A DNA stretch of 32,000 bases from Psychrobacter sp. DM4. GTDB lineage: Bacteria; Pseudomonadota; Gammaproteobacteria; Pseudomonadales; Moraxellaceae. Every line of letters starts with the position of its first letter. Position 1 is the stretch's first letter. The position numbers and the translations under genes are program-made. Where the stretch lies: contig NZ_CP195536.1 of the NCBI RefSeq assembly GCF_051307035.1, forward strand, positions 1,650,001 through 1,682,000. The letters run 5' to 3'. Below are positions 1-11,875 of this stretch, piece by piece. The notes below the pieces were generated by a model, which saw nothing but the letters and a program-made list of their open reading frames with translations, did not search any database and was not told where the DNA came from.

Positions 1-110
1 CACAACTTGCCAGCTGCAAACTTTGCTGCTTGATTTGAAGTACTGTCATCTTTTCAACGCTAGACACTGCCACTTCTCACTTTTAAAATTGCATAAAGCT
101 CATTACAGAT

Positions 111-2012
111 TTATTCCGTAGCGCGCGGCGGCTCAGTTGTGTTGCTTAAACTAGGGTTAGACTTTGCTAATGAGGGCTTGCCGCCTTCAGAGTCATCATC
201 ACCATAGATATCATCATTATCACCAATGACGATATGCTTGTCCACTAAGTAGATAAGTAGCAAGATAGGAATACCGATAGCAAAGGTAAACATAAAGAAG
301 AAAGGATAACCCATAGCATCGACGATACCACCAGAGTAGCCACCCAACACTTTGGGCAACAAAGTCATGAGTGATGAGAATATCGCATACTGTACGGCGG
401 TGAACTTGATAGAGGTTAATGCGGATAAGAAGGCAATAAATACCGCACTTGCAAAACCTGCTGCCAAGTTATCCAAGATAACCGCAAAGTACATATACTC
501 AAGGCTACCCGGATGGTAAGTGAGCAACACAAACAGTAGATTGGTAACGCTTGCGAGTATCGCACCTAGCATCATCACATGCATCATGCGCATTTTTTGC
601 GCTAGTATCCCGCCCAAAAACCCACCAATGAGCGCCATCAGCACTCCAACGAGTTTGACAGCATTGGCAATCTCAACCTTAGTGAAGCCCATATCTTGAT
701 AAAAGACGTTGGAGATGACCCCTGCGACGATATCAGAGATGCGGTACAGACCGATAAGTGCCAGCAACAGCAAAGCTTGCTTACCGTAGCGCTTAAAGAA
801 ATCAGCAATAGGGTCAACCCACATCTTCTTAGCGACTTCTTTTTTGGCAAGACCTACTTTAATTAGTGCGTAGCCTACTACTCCCGCTACCGCTAAGCTA
901 CCGAGCAAAGTCACGGTTTCAATGAGGAAGCTTAACAGCACACTTTCGGTCTCAGCGAATAGACTGCCAATAACAATAAAAGCACCAACAAAACCTATCA
1001 CAGTAATAATAAATAGCAAGACTATGCGTAGATAGTCGTTACCGTTCTCAACGAGCAGCGAGACTTTATTAATGAGTTTTGGCTGATTAAACATAAAAAA
1101 TAAAAGCAGTAATGGCGCGCAGGCTACCAGAGCTAAAAAGTAAAGATTAACCATAGGCAAGAGCGCAAGTGGTATCACAGTAATATCAGCGTTCAAAAAG
1201 TTGTTATAGATGATCTTGATAAGACTCAATAAGCCGTATATTGCTCCTGGTATCACCAATAGTCCTGCATAAATAAAGAAGAGCTTTAAGTTTAGTTTCT
1301 GTTTTTTGGTCTGCAAAATCTCAGCGATCGGCTCATAACCTGCAAAGGTGGTCAAGATACCAATAGACATGACTGCTGCCATAACATAATAAGTATTGCG
1401 CCAAGCCTCGTAACTATAGAACGTCTCTGTCGAACTAAAATAGTCTGCTAAATATAATGCCCCAGCCCCAGCAACTATCATACCGATACGGTAGCCTGCG
1501 ACATACATGGCTGCAAGTGTAGGTTGCAACTCTGGCGGTGCAAGCTCGATACGGTACGCATCAATGACAATGTCTTGGGTCGCTGATGAAAACCCTAGCA
1601 ATACGGCTGCTGCAGCCATAAACCATAGTGCCTCATCGCTAATAGGGTTAAAGCTTGCCATTAAGAGTATTGCTATGACAATTAATAGCTGAGAGACCAC
1701 AATCCAAGCCCTGCGTCTACCAAGCCACTTTGTCAACACAGGTACAGGGAGTGCATCAATTAGTGGCGCCCAGATAAACTTGAACGAATATCCTAGCGCC
1801 GCCCAACTAAACATAGTCACAACGCCGCGCTCTATACCCGCTTCTCGTAGCCATAGCGATAGGCTCGAGAAAATAAGTAAAATAGGAATACCTGCTGAGA
1901 ATCCTAAAAACAAGATTAGGACAGCACGAGGATCAAGATAAGCTTTTGCAGCATCACCCCATGACTTTTTGATGACGGATTGATTGGGTGGTACAGATCG
2001 GACAGCAGACAT
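111..2012 (-). CDS. ampG: AmpG-family MFS muropeptide permease (long, 633-aa form)
   Basis: Full-length ORF. The N-terminal segment (LILFLGFSAGIPILLIFSSLSLWLREAGI ... FKFIWAPLID) fits AmpG/MFS as I recall it. The profile is polytopic and hydrophobic throughout, with extra hydrophobic segments in the central region and an acidic, S/T-rich C-terminal tail. Confidence 0.8.
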   Translation of the reverse strand: MSAVRSVPPNQSVIKKSWGDAAKAYLDPRAVLILFLGFSAGIPILLIFSSLSLWLREAGIERGVVTMFSWAALGYSFKFIWAPLIDALPVPVLTKWLGRRRAWIVVSQLLIVIAILLMASFNPISDEALWFMAAAAVLLGFSSATQDIVIDAYRIELAPPELQPTLAAMYVAGYRIGMIVAGAGALYLADYFSSTETFYSYEAWRNTYYVMAAVMSIGILTTFAGYEPIAEILQTKKQKLNLKLFFIYAGLLVIPGAIYGLLSLIKIIYNNFLNADITVIPLALLPMVNLYFLALVACAPLLLLFFMFNQPKLINKVSLLVENGNDYLRIVLLFIITVIGFVGAFIVIGSLFAETESVLLSFLIETVTLLGSLAVAGVVGYALIKVGLAKKEVAKKMWVDPIADFFKRYGKQALLLLALIGLYRISDIVAGVISNVFYQDMGFTKVEIANAVKLVGVLMALIGGFLGGILAQKMRMMHVMMLGAILASVTNLLFVLLTYHPGSLEYMYFAVILDNLAAGFASAVFIAFLSALTSIKFTAVQYAIFSSLMTLLPKVLGGYSGGIVDAMGYPFFFMFTFAIGIPILLLIYLVDKHIVIGDNDDIYGDDDSEGGKPSLAKSNPSLSNTTEPPRATE

Positions 2013-2493
2013 GATAGTTCACCAAAACTTGAGACGATAATAACAACTGCGTACAATTTTTATCAATCATCATTAGACAAGGATCGATAAAAATTATTCA
2101 CCGTTGTACCTAGTAGCCATATTTATGGCAAAATTGAATAATGGTACTTGAGAACATAGACATTGACTAGACTTTGAGCAGATATTTTTTAGTAAATTGA
2201 TAATATAGACGCGTACCGCTTCTTAGCCTTTACCCAGTTTGTCTCAGGCGTAACTCTATGTATCCAAAACTTGCATAACTATGGTGATGTTGAATGGAGA
2301 TGCTAGTTTGCCAGTTCTGTGACATTTAACCTACTACTAAAACAGATACTCTATGACGAACAAGTATCTCAAATTGTATAAGCATATAAGAAGAAATAAG
2401 TATTATGATTAATTATTTAAAACATGACGTTATTATATATGTGTTTTATTAATAGTTTAGGGTTATATATGATTTATCTAATCCTAATGATAA

Positions 2494-4821
<2,328 letters not shown>

Positions 4822-4869
4822 CTTTTTCAACATCCTTTGATGTTATTTTGAATTCGACTTAAAATAAAA

Positions 4870-4896
4870 GCCATCTTACATAAGGTGGCTTTTTTT
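4870..4896 (+). terminator. Rho-independent terminator downstream of katG
   Basis: Hairpin GCCATCTT-acat-AAGGTGGC (8 bp, one G-U wobble) followed by T7, about 50 nt after the katG stop. Confidence 0.8.
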
Positions 4897-5067
4897 GGTT
4901 TGATTGATCTATATTCCATAAAATTATACATTCATGACCATTTATTATATACAAGAATAATAGCTTTGCACTACACTAGCCTTTTGATACTTTTAGCAGC
5001 TGATAGTTATCATTCAATATACTAGCTACTGTCATAGCATTAATGACTATAATTTGAGGATTAAGGT

Positions 5068-5994
5068 ATGGCAATCGATATGGTGGTCAATCAGCGACAC
5101 TTACAAATTCAGCTCAAACAATTAGAGACAGTCTGGCATACCGTCATCAATGGCTACAATTTAAGTCAAGCGGCAACCGTGCTGCACACGAGTCAGTCCA
5201 GCCTATCTAAACATATCGCTGCTCTTGAAAATCAGCTCAAGGCTGAGGTGTTCGTACGCCAAGGCAAAAGGCTCACAGGTCTAACTCCTATGGGTACCGC
5301 CTTGCTACCGCATATAGAGGCAATATTTGCTGAGATTCGCACGATTGAAAACTTGAGTCTTGATCATACCAACCCCAATATAGGTACGTTGACCATTGCC
5401 ACAACCCATACCCAAGCCCGTTATGTCTTGCCGCAGGTGGTCAAAGAATTCAAAGATCGCTTTCCTAAAGTTAATCTAATATTGCAACAAGCCGATCCTG
5501 AAACTATTGCGCAAATGGTTATTCGTGGTCAGGCTGATATCGGTATTGCCACTGAGTCTTTGCTGCATAATAACTATTTGCGTTGTCACCGCTACTACGA
5601 CTGGACCCATCGCATTATCGTGCCAAAAGACCATGAACTCGCAGGACAAGAGTCCATCGATCTACCCACGCTTGCCAGCTACCCTATTGTGACTTATCAC
5701 GGCGGCTTTACGGGTCGGGGCGCTATCGACAAAACTTTTGAGGCAGCAGGACTTGAGCCTGATATTGTCCTTGCAGCTCTGGATGCAGATGTGATTAGTA
5801 CTTATGTTGGACTAGGATTGGGTATTGGTATCATCGCTGAAATGGCGTTTGAGCCCAGTCATTATCAAAACCTAGTTGCCATTCCAGTCGATCACTTTGG
5901 CCGCTTTACCAGTTGGATGGCGGTACGTGATGATGCCGAGATTCGCCAATATGGCCGCGCTTTTATAGAGCTTTGTCAAAAGCAGTTTAGTTAA
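5068..5994 (+). CDS. LysR-family transcriptional regulator, CysB/Cbl subfamily
   Basis: N-terminal HTH (LSQAATVLHTSQSSLSKHIAALE). The effector domain closely parallels E. coli CysB as I recall it (IATTHTQARYVLP, GQADIGIATE, YPIVTYHGGFTGR, LDADVISTYVGLGLGIGIIAEMA). GAGGA/AAGG lies upstream of the ATG. Confidence 0.85.
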   Translation: MAIDMVVNQRHLQIQLKQLETVWHTVINGYNLSQAATVLHTSQSSLSKHIAALENQLKAEVFVRQGKRLTGLTPMGTALLPHIEAIFAEIRTIENLSLDHTNPNIGTLTIATTHTQARYVLPQVVKEFKDRFPKVNLILQQADPETIAQMVIRGQADIGIATESLLHNNYLRCHRYYDWTHRIIVPKDHELAGQESIDLPTLASYPIVTYHGGFTGRGAIDKTFEAAGLEPDIVLAALDADVISTYVGLGLGIGIIAEMAFEPSHYQNLVAIPVDHFGRFTSWMAVRDDAEIRQYGRAFIELCQKQFS

Positions 5995-6056
5995 AAATTT
6001 TAGGCTATTGCTCAACTTACTTAGAAGTTTAGAGACAGTCCAACCATCAATAATTA

Positions 6057-6104
6057 AGCCTGTGATACTTTTGTTTGAATAAAACGGAAGTATCGCAGGC
6101 TTTT
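6057..6104 (+). terminator. Rho-independent terminator downstream of the LysR/CysB-like gene
   Basis: 14-bp stem AGCCTGTGATACTT / AAGTATCGCAGGCT (one G-U position), 17-nt loop, followed by TTTT. Confidence 0.7.
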
Positions 6105-6187
6105 AATTTCTTACTATGGCAAATACCTCTTTGAGGCCAATTGGAGTATTAAGATTTGTTATCGTCAACGGTTTAGACCTTTATATA

Positions 6188-6298
6188 TCCCCCATCTCCC
6201 CCATCTTATTATCCATAAGTCAGCACTGTTACCATAAGTCAGCGCCGCTACTTAGCCTCTCACTTAATTTCTTATAGTTAGTGCTTAGTAGTTAGTGC
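6188..6298. repeat. Cluster of three adjacent short tandem duplications
   Basis: TCCCCCATC x2 (6188-6205). A 19-bp unit CCATAAGTCAGCRCYGYTA x2 (6213-6250, 16/19 identical). TAGTTAGTGC x2 with a 14-bp period (6275-6298). All read directly from the sequence. Confidence 0.85.
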
Positions 6299-6371
6299 CG
6301 CAACGTGCTATTAATTCATACTGTGCTACTTTTAGAATAATAAGATGCACGATAATAATAGGTGAAGCATA

Positions 6372-7388
6372 ATGAATACTATACCCTTATCCTTTTTAGA
6401 TTTGGCGCCCGTTCCCACTGGCGCCACTACCGCTAAAGGTATTGCTCAAACAGTTGAGATTGCTCAAAAGGCAGAAGACATCGGCCTCAACCGCTATTGG
6501 ATGGCTGAGCATCACAATATGCCAGGGATTGCGAGCGCGGCAACGTCTGTATTACTCTCTCATATTGGCAGTCAAACGGAGCGTATTCGTATCGGCGCTG
6601 GCGGCATTATGTTGCCCAATCACGCGCCTTTGGTTGTCGCTGAGCAGTTCGGTACGTTGCAAGCCTTGTACGGCGACCGTATTGACTTAGGATTGGGACG
6701 CGCACCTGGTACAGATGGTGCGACCTTTCAAGCACTAGGGCGCACAATGAATGATGCTGAACGCTTCCCGCAAGAGGTACAAGAGCTGCTATACCTACTC
6801 GGTAATGATAGTGACAACAGCCCAGTACAAGCTTTTCCAGGTGCTAGCTCCAACGTACCGATTTGGATACTAGGCTCATCTTTATTTGGGGCGACTTTAG
6901 CGGCGCATTTAGGCCTGCCTTATGTGTTCGCCTCGCATTTTGCCCCGCAGGCACTCATGCAAGCCATCGCAACTTATCGTGAACAGTTCAAGCCATCTAA
7001 GTACTTAGATAAGCCTCACGTTATGCTAGCGGCTAATTTACTGCTCGCTGACGATGATGACACTGCGCAGTATCATTTTACCTCAGCCCAGCAGAGCTTT
7101 GTGCGCTTGCGCCGAGGTGAGCGTGGACAGATGCCAAGACCCACTCCTAGTATGGATAGTATCTGGAGCGCAGCGGAGAAGACAATGGTCGATAGCGCAC
7201 TATCGGTGTCATTTATCGGTAGCGTGCAAACGGTACAGCCTAGACTTGCCGCCTTTATCGCTCAGCATCAGCCTGATGAGCTGATCGTTACGGCCAACAT
7301 ATATGACCAAGCGGCACGCCTGCGTTCACTTGAACTTACACCGGAGCTAAACTTGTTTACTTTACAAGGCAACGCTAGCCCCGCATAA
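6372..7388 (+). CDS. LLM-class (luciferase-like) flavin-dependent oxidoreductase, YhbW-like
   Basis: 338-aa ORF. The N-terminal third (FLDLAPVP ... RYWMAEHHNMPGIASAATSVL ... GGIMLPNHAPLVVAEQFGTLQALYGDRIDLGLGRAPGTD) is near-colinear with E. coli YhbW-type luciferase-family proteins as I recall them. Confidence 0.85.
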   Translation: MNTIPLSFLDLAPVPTGATTAKGIAQTVEIAQKAEDIGLNRYWMAEHHNMPGIASAATSVLLSHIGSQTERIRIGAGGIMLPNHAPLVVAEQFGTLQALYGDRIDLGLGRAPGTDGATFQALGRTMNDAERFPQEVQELLYLLGNDSDNSPVQAFPGASSNVPIWILGSSLFGATLAAHLGLPYVFASHFAPQALMQAIATYREQFKPSKYLDKPHVMLAANLLLADDDDTAQYHFTSAQQSFVRLRRGERGQMPRPTPSMDSIWSAAEKTMVDSALSVSFIGSVQTVQPRLAAFIAQHQPDELIVTANIYDQAARLRSLELTPELNLFTLQGNASPA

Positions 7389-7417
7389 TTATTACAACAT
7401 ATAATAGGAATTTTAAC

Positions 7418-7579
7418 ATGCAAGCTTCTTTGGTTTTTGGTGCGTCTTTTATGATCGGCTCATCAATATTTTTGTACATAGTGGCATTACTTATCGTATT
7501 GGCAGGGTTTGCTTATTTGACCTATCGCACTAGTCCAAAAGGTAAAGCGCGCCGTGAAGAAAGACGCAATAGACGCTAA
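7418..7579 (+). CDS. Small (53 aa) single-pass membrane protein with a basic C-terminal tail; not in the ORF track
   Basis: ATG 7418 is preceded by AGGA (7406-7409, 8-nt spacer) and lies 29 nt after the LLM stop. Translation: MQASLVFGASFMIGSSIFLYIVALLIVLAGFAYLTYRTSPKGKARREERRNRR. TAA at 7577-7579. A hairpin terminator follows about 30 nt downstream. Confidence 0.45.
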   Translation: MQASLVFGASFMIGSSIFLYIVALLIVLAGFAYLTYRTSPKGKARREERRNRR

Positions 7580-7605
7580 TTACCTTTATTAAGTTCTCAT
7601 GACTC

Positions 7606-7641
7606 AAAAAACCTTTTACTTATTCGAGTAAAAGGTTTTTT
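7606..7641. terminator. Bidirectional hairpin terminator between convergent genes
   Basis: Perfect 13-bp stem AAAACCTTTTACT / AGTAAAAGGTTTT (7608-7620 / 7627-7639) with a 6-nt loop, an A-run on the left and a T-run on the right. The stem is AT-rich, so its strength is uncertain. Confidence 0.5.
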
Positions 7642-7678
7642 ATTGGTTATGACTAATAGCTTCTGCCTTTTGCAAGTC

Positions 7679-8638
7679 CTACATTAGCTCCATCACACGT
7701 AATACCGCTGCCCCTATCGCCATACCGAACATACCGACTACTGTCGTAAACGCTAAAATGTTGGCAGCCAAAATATCATTGCCGCCCATAGCTTTTGCCA
7801 TTACATAGCTAGCAGCAGCAGTAGGAGACGCCACCATTAAAAACAGCACACCCATATGCACGCCTGACAACCCAAAAACCAGTCCGACTACTATCGCAAT
7901 AATCGGTGCAACAACGATTCGGCCAATACTCGCCTGCATAGACAAGCCTGAAGGATGCAACATTGATTTTAGATCGATACTGGCGCCTGCACATATTAAG
8001 GCCAAAGGTAGAGCGACCGCTGCAAGTAAACCACCTGTAGTCTGAATAACCCCTGTAATTGGCGGTAAAGGTAGCGCTTTGTAAATAAAAGCGGCAAGCA
8101 GCGCTAAAATCAGCGGATTGGTAAAGAGCTTTTTGACAATCATAACCGTACGACTTATGCGCGTGTCATCGACGCTTTTGGATACACGGCTTAAAGTAAT
8201 CACGGCCAAGATGTTAAATAATATGGTCACAATGCCCATGTAAACGGCACCGATGCTCAAGCCAATATCGCCATAAGCATTAGCGACAGTTGCCAGACCA
8301 ATAATCGCCATGTTACTGCGAAATACCCCTTGGACAAATACGCCTTGATCAGTGGGTGCGCTGACAAAACGCTTGGCGTAAATCTCAGCACCAATAAATA
8401 GGATAAAGGTGACGATGATTCCTGCGATGATGAGAGTAATTTGCTTAGAATAATCGACTTTACTGCCAACCACACTAAAGAATAAGAGTGCAGGCAAGCA
8501 GTAATTAAAGACGAAATAAGACCCCTGATCGATAAAGGTTTGGCTGATCTCGCCGCGTTTTTGCATAAAAAAACCCAACCCCATCAAAAACAGGTTGGGC
8601 AGTACAATAGTAATAGCAAAGACGATCGCGTCAATCAT
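7679..8638 (-). CDS. AEC-family (auxin efflux carrier-like) transporter
   Basis: 319-aa polytopic membrane ORF with the two-halves hydrophobic architecture and size typical of AEC/malonate-transporter-like permeases. Family call is from overall sequence character. Confidence 0.75.
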   Translation of the reverse strand: MIDAIVFAITIVLPNLFLMGLGFFMQKRGEISQTFIDQGSYFVFNYCLPALLFFSVVGSKVDYSKQITLIIAGIIVTFILFIGAEIYAKRFVSAPTDQGVFVQGVFRSNMAIIGLATVANAYGDIGLSIGAVYMGIVTILFNILAVITLSRVSKSVDDTRISRTVMIVKKLFTNPLILALLAAFIYKALPLPPITGVIQTTGGLLAAVALPLALICAGASIDLKSMLHPSGLSMQASIGRIVVAPIIAIVVGLVFGLSGVHMGVLFLMVASPTAAASYVMAKAMGGNDILAANILAFTTVVGMFGMAIGAAVLRVMELM

Positions 8639-8700
8639 AAGTAGGCTCAGACCAGAAGATGTAACAAGTGCTCAACGTTAGAGCACCTTATAGATAACCT

Positions 8701-10596
8701 TTAAGTGCCTAACGCCGCTTTAGCTTTTTTATTCTTCTTAACGGTCATCGCTAGTAGCTGAATCGCGGCTGGCGTGACCCCGCTAACACGTCCTGCTTGC
8801 GCTAGTGTCGCGGGTTTTACCTTGGTGAGCTTTTGTACAATCTCATTGGAGAGACCTGAGACCATACTATAATCAAAATCAGTTGGCAACGCGGTGTTCT
8901 CTAAGCGCTTCATCTGCTCGATATCTTCCTGCTGACGATCGATGTAGCCTGCGTACTTAACCGAGATTTCAATCTGCTCGCCTACTAAGGTATCGACATG
9001 CGAATCCGTAATTGCTGCGATATCAGCAAAATGAATCTGCGGACGCTTTAGCAAATCAAAGGCCGTTGCTTCTTTAGATAGCACCTCTCCTGTTTGCTCA
9101 GTGACTTTTTGTCCTAAAGCATTGGTAGGGGTTGCCCACATATCTTTTAAGCGAGCAGACTCAGTAGCGATAGTGTCCATTTTCTGCTCGTAAGCTTGCC
9201 AGCGGGCGTCTCCGACTAAACCAAGCTTACGACCCGTTTCAGTCAAGCGTTGATCGGCATTGTCTTCACGTAGCAGTAGACGATATTCAGCGCGGCTAGT
9301 GAACATGCGATACGGCTCAGTGGTACCATGAGTGATCAAATCATCCACAAGCACACCAAGATACGCTTCATCGCGGCGCGGTGTCCATGTTTCATAATCC
9401 TTATTGTTAGTGGTAACAAGCGCCGCATTAGTACCTGCTAACAACCCTTGCACCCCTGCTTCTTCATAGCCCGTCGTACCGTTGATTTGACCTGCGAAAT
9501 ACAGACCATCAATAGATTTAGTTTCAAGCGTTGGTTTTAGATTTTGTGGGTCAAAGTAATCATACTCGATCGCGTAACCTGGACGGGTGATATGCGCGTT
9601 CTCAAGCCCTTTCATACTATGAATAAACTCTAATTGCACATCAAACGGTAGGCTGGTTGAGATACCATTTGGATACAGCTCATGCGTGGTCAGACCTTCA
9701 GGCTCAATAAATATCTGATGGCTGTCTTTGTCCGCAAAACGATGAATCTTATCTTCGATAGACGGACAATAACGTGGACCTACGCCTTCGATTTTGCCTG
9801 AGAACATCGGTGAGCGATCCAAATTCTCACGAATGATATCGTGGGTGCGCGCATTGGTATGGGTGATATAGCAATTAACTTGCTCAGGATGCATAGAGAC
9901 ATCACCCATATAACTCATCACTGGCAGCGGCGTATCTCCCGGCTGCACAGTCATTACACTAAAATCTACCGTACGCGCATCGATACGCGCAGGCGTTCCT
10001 GTCTTGAGCCGACCTACTGGTAATTTTAACTCACGTAAACGATCCGCTAATTTGATAGAAGGCTGATCCCCTGCTCGCCCGCCTTTAGAGTTCTCTAAGC
10101 CAATATGAATGACTCCGCCCAAAAAGGTGCCTGAGGTGAGCACGACCGTTTCAGTTTTGAAGATAATGCCTGTCGAGGTCACAACCGCAGTAGCACGGCC
10201 ATTTTCGACCAAGATATCATCAGCCCCTTGCTGAAATATATCAAGGTTGGCCTGATTCTCTAACGTATGACGAATAGCTGCTTTATAAAGAATACGATCG
10301 GCTTGTGCCCGAGTGGCGCGAACCGCCGCGCCCTTACGGCTGTTCAATACGCGAAACTGAATACCTGACTTATCCGTTGCCAGCGCCATTGCACCGCCTA
10401 ACGCATCAATCTCGCGCACCAAATGCGATTTACCAATACCGCCAATCGCTGGATTGCAGCTCATCTGCCCCAGCGTCTCGATGTTGTGTGTCAAGAGCAA
10501 AGTCTGCGCGCCCATACGAGCCGCAGCCAGTGCAGCTTCAGTACCGGCATGACCGCCACCGATTACTACCACATCGTAAGTTTTTGGGTATTGCAT
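8701..10596 (-). CDS. mnmG: tRNA uridine-5-carboxymethylaminomethyl(34) synthesis enzyme MnmG (GidA)
   Basis: 631-aa ORF. N-terminal FAD motif [16 protein letters not shown], then [23 protein letters not shown], and [11 protein letters not shown]. Length and motifs are classic MnmG. Confidence 0.97.
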   Translation of the reverse strand: MQYPKTYDVVVIGGGHAGTEAALAAARMGAQTLLLTHNIETLGQMSCNPAIGGIGKSHLVREIDALGGAMALATDKSGIQFRVLNSRKGAAVRATRAQADRILYKAAIRHTLENQANLDIFQQGADDILVENGRATAVVTSTGIIFKTETVVLTSGTFLGGVIHIGLENSKGGRAGDQPSIKLADRLRELKLPVGRLKTGTPARIDARTVDFSVMTVQPGDTPLPVMSYMGDVSMHPEQVNCYITHTNARTHDIIRENLDRSPMFSGKIEGVGPRYCPSIEDKIHRFADKDSHQIFIEPEGLTTHELYPNGISTSLPFDVQLEFIHSMKGLENAHITRPGYAIEYDYFDPQNLKPTLETKSIDGLYFAGQINGTTGYEEAGVQGLLAGTNAALVTTNNKDYETWTPRRDEAYLGVLVDDLITHGTTEPYRMFTSRAEYRLLLREDNADQRLTETGRKLGLVGDARWQAYEQKMDTIATESARLKDMWATPTNALGQKVTEQTGEVLSKEATAFDLLKRPQIHFADIAAITDSHVDTLVGEQIEISVKYAGYIDRQQEDIEQMKRLENTALPTDFDYSMVSGLSNEIVQKLTKVKPATLAQAGRVSGVTPAAIQLLAMTVKKNKKAKAALGT

Positions 10597-10661
10597 ACAT
10601 GCCTCGCTTGACAGATAACGTCAATATGGATGGAGAAAATAGTCGCCAATTATAGCAATAT

Positions 10662-11204
10662 TCAGTGATTATTCATATTATTACCTGGGCTAAGCGGGAC
10701 AATACGATCTGCCTGACCACTAGCGAGCATATGCTGGCTGCCATACCCTTCTGGATTGATCTGCAAATAAGCATTCATCTTGCCAATTGCTTCACCATCG
10801 TTGCTCGCTAGTATTTTAGCTTTAATTGCCTCAACGGGCGGCAGCGGTAAGTTTTTTAGCAGCGCCAACAGCTGATCGTTATCGCCTTTATTGACAGCCA
10901 ACTCAATAAGCTGACGCGCATCGATTGGCAAATCTGGCGTGTTCTGTGCCAGTAGCGCAAGATGGTACGCACCCGCCGGATCCTGATCGGCAACAATACG
11001 CTGCTCGATAGCGATATAAGTTCCTTCGGTTGCCCCGCCTGCCACACTCAGTTGATGGATGCATTTGAGCGCAGAATTTGACTCACTGCCTGCCATATTT
11101 ATAATACGCGTCGACTCGTTTTTGAGATGTTCGCGGCGCTTTTCGATAGCGGCTTGCTCAGCAGATTCTTGCTCATTTTTAGTATTAAACTCTTGAGTAG
11201 TCAT
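10662..11204 (-). CDS. Hypothetical acidic soluble protein (180 aa)
   Basis: ORF with AGGAG 6 nt upstream of ATG 11204. No TM segment or signal peptide. It sits between the grxD terminator and mnmG (65-nt gap to mnmG, same strand). I recognise no family. Confidence 0.6.
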   Translation of the reverse strand: MTTQEFNTKNEQESAEQAAIEKRREHLKNESTRIINMAGSESNSALKCIHQLSVAGGATEGTYIAIEQRIVADQDPAGAYHLALLAQNTPDLPIDARQLIELAVNKGDNDQLLALLKNLPLPPVEAIKAKILASNDGEAIGKMNAYLQINPEGYGSQHMLASGQADRIVPLSPGNNMNNH

Positions 11205-11289
11205 AGTTCTCTCCTCTTGTCATCGGTATCAGGTTTAGATTCACTATATGGGACTAAAACCTACAAAAACAAGCGATTAGGTAGGCAAT

Positions 11290-11338
11290 AAAAAACCCGA
11301 ATAGCCTATCCAATCTATTTGACAAGGCTACTCGGGTT
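11290..11338 (-). terminator. Rho-independent terminator downstream of grxD (minus strand)
   Basis: 13-bp stem AACCCGA(A/G)TAGCC / GGCTA(C/T)TCGGGTT with one mismatch, followed on the minus strand by a T-run (the A-run at 11290-11295 on plus). Confidence 0.7.
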
Positions 11339-11402
11339 TACTATACGCTAAGAGTATAAGTAATTTATTTGAGCATCAAAAAGCTCAATAAATACTTAAA
11401 CA

Positions 11403-11750
11403 TTAAGCCGCTGGGCTGTTCGCTTCAACTAAAGGCTTAAGCTCGCCTGATTGGTACATTTGCAAGATAATATCTGAGCCGCCCATCAATTCGCCATCAA
11501 TCCATAATTGCGGAAACGTTGGCCAGTTGGCAACTTTTGGCAAAGTAGCACGAATCTCTGGGTTCTCTAAAATATTCACAAAGGCAAAGGGACGACCAAT
11601 TTGCGTCAATACTTCAATAGATTTAGCCGAAAACCCACACTGCGGGAACTGCGGCGTGCCTTTCATATAGATAATTACTTTGTTATCTTTTATTTGATCA
11701 CGGATCAATTGTTCGACATCATTGGCTGCGTTTGGGGTTTGCTCGCTCAT
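11403..11750 (-). CDS. grxD: Grx4-type monothiol glutaredoxin
   Basis: CGFS active-site motif (PQCGFSAKS) and WPTFPQLWIDGELMGGSDI. I place the start at the ATG at 11750 (MSEQTP...) because AGGAG lies 5 nt upstream. The track ORF start at 11774 has no RBS. Confidence 0.93.
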   Translation of the reverse strand: MSEQTPNAANDVEQLIRDQIKDNKVIIYMKGTPQFPQCGFSAKSIEVLTQIGRPFAFVNILENPEIRATLPKVANWPTFPQLWIDGELMGGSDIILQMYQSGELKPLVEANSPAA

Positions 11751-11875
11751 AAAAGCTCCTAATATTAAACTCATGGTAAAAAATTAAACTCTGATTAGAT
11801 ATCTTTGCTACATGGGGTGATCAAAGGGTTTTTGCAAGCAATGCTCAATACTCTGATTGTTACCTCTAAACCTTA

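Noticed and set aside
1-49. Possible 5' end of a minus-strand gene (ATG at 49-47; MTVLQIKQQSLQLASC...) running off the left edge of the window.
   Set aside because: Only 16 codons are visible and there is no clear RBS. The fragment is too short to separate from chance, so I did not list it as a feature.
638-1692. Track ORFs 638-850 (-) and 1507-1692 (+) nested in ampG. Similar nested or antisense ORFs occur elsewhere: 3281-3544, 3611-3832, 4618-4833, 5507-5692, 6442-6690, 7054-7284, 7809-7994, 8257-8475, 9841-10023, 10305-10655, 10423-10611, 10856-11047, 11920-12153, 12056-12343, 12752-12961, 13030-13413, 13155-13388, 14309-14515, 16225-16911 (several), 17642-17866, 18307-19037 (several), 20529-23094 (several), 24532-25203 (several), 27344-28245 (several), 30219-30518 and 31334-31555.
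   Set aside because: All lie inside or antisense to long, well-supported genes. Their composition is Cys/Arg/Ser-rich and nonsense-like, they have no RBS, and I see no family resemblance. They are typical shadow ORFs.
111-2012. AmpG is 633 aa, much longer than the 491-aa E. coli protein, with extra central hydrophobic segments.
   Set aside because: Long AmpG forms exist (P. aeruginosa AmpG is close to 600 aa as I recall) and AmpG has known non-membrane-spanning hydrophobic segments. This is probably normal lineage variation.
8639-11402. A possible oriC near mnmG (gidA), and DnaA-box-like 9-mers elsewhere (TTATCCATA at 6209-6217; GTATCCACC at 25698-25706).
   Set aside because: The intergenic regions flanking mnmG are only about 60 bp. 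The box-like 9-mers are isolated single imperfect matches. There is no DnaA-box cluster or AT-rich 13-mer array.
11751-11774. An 8-codon N-terminal extension of the grxD ORF (MSLILGAF).
   Set aside because: AGGAG sits inside the extension, correctly spaced for the downstream ATG at 11750. The extension has no RBS of its own.
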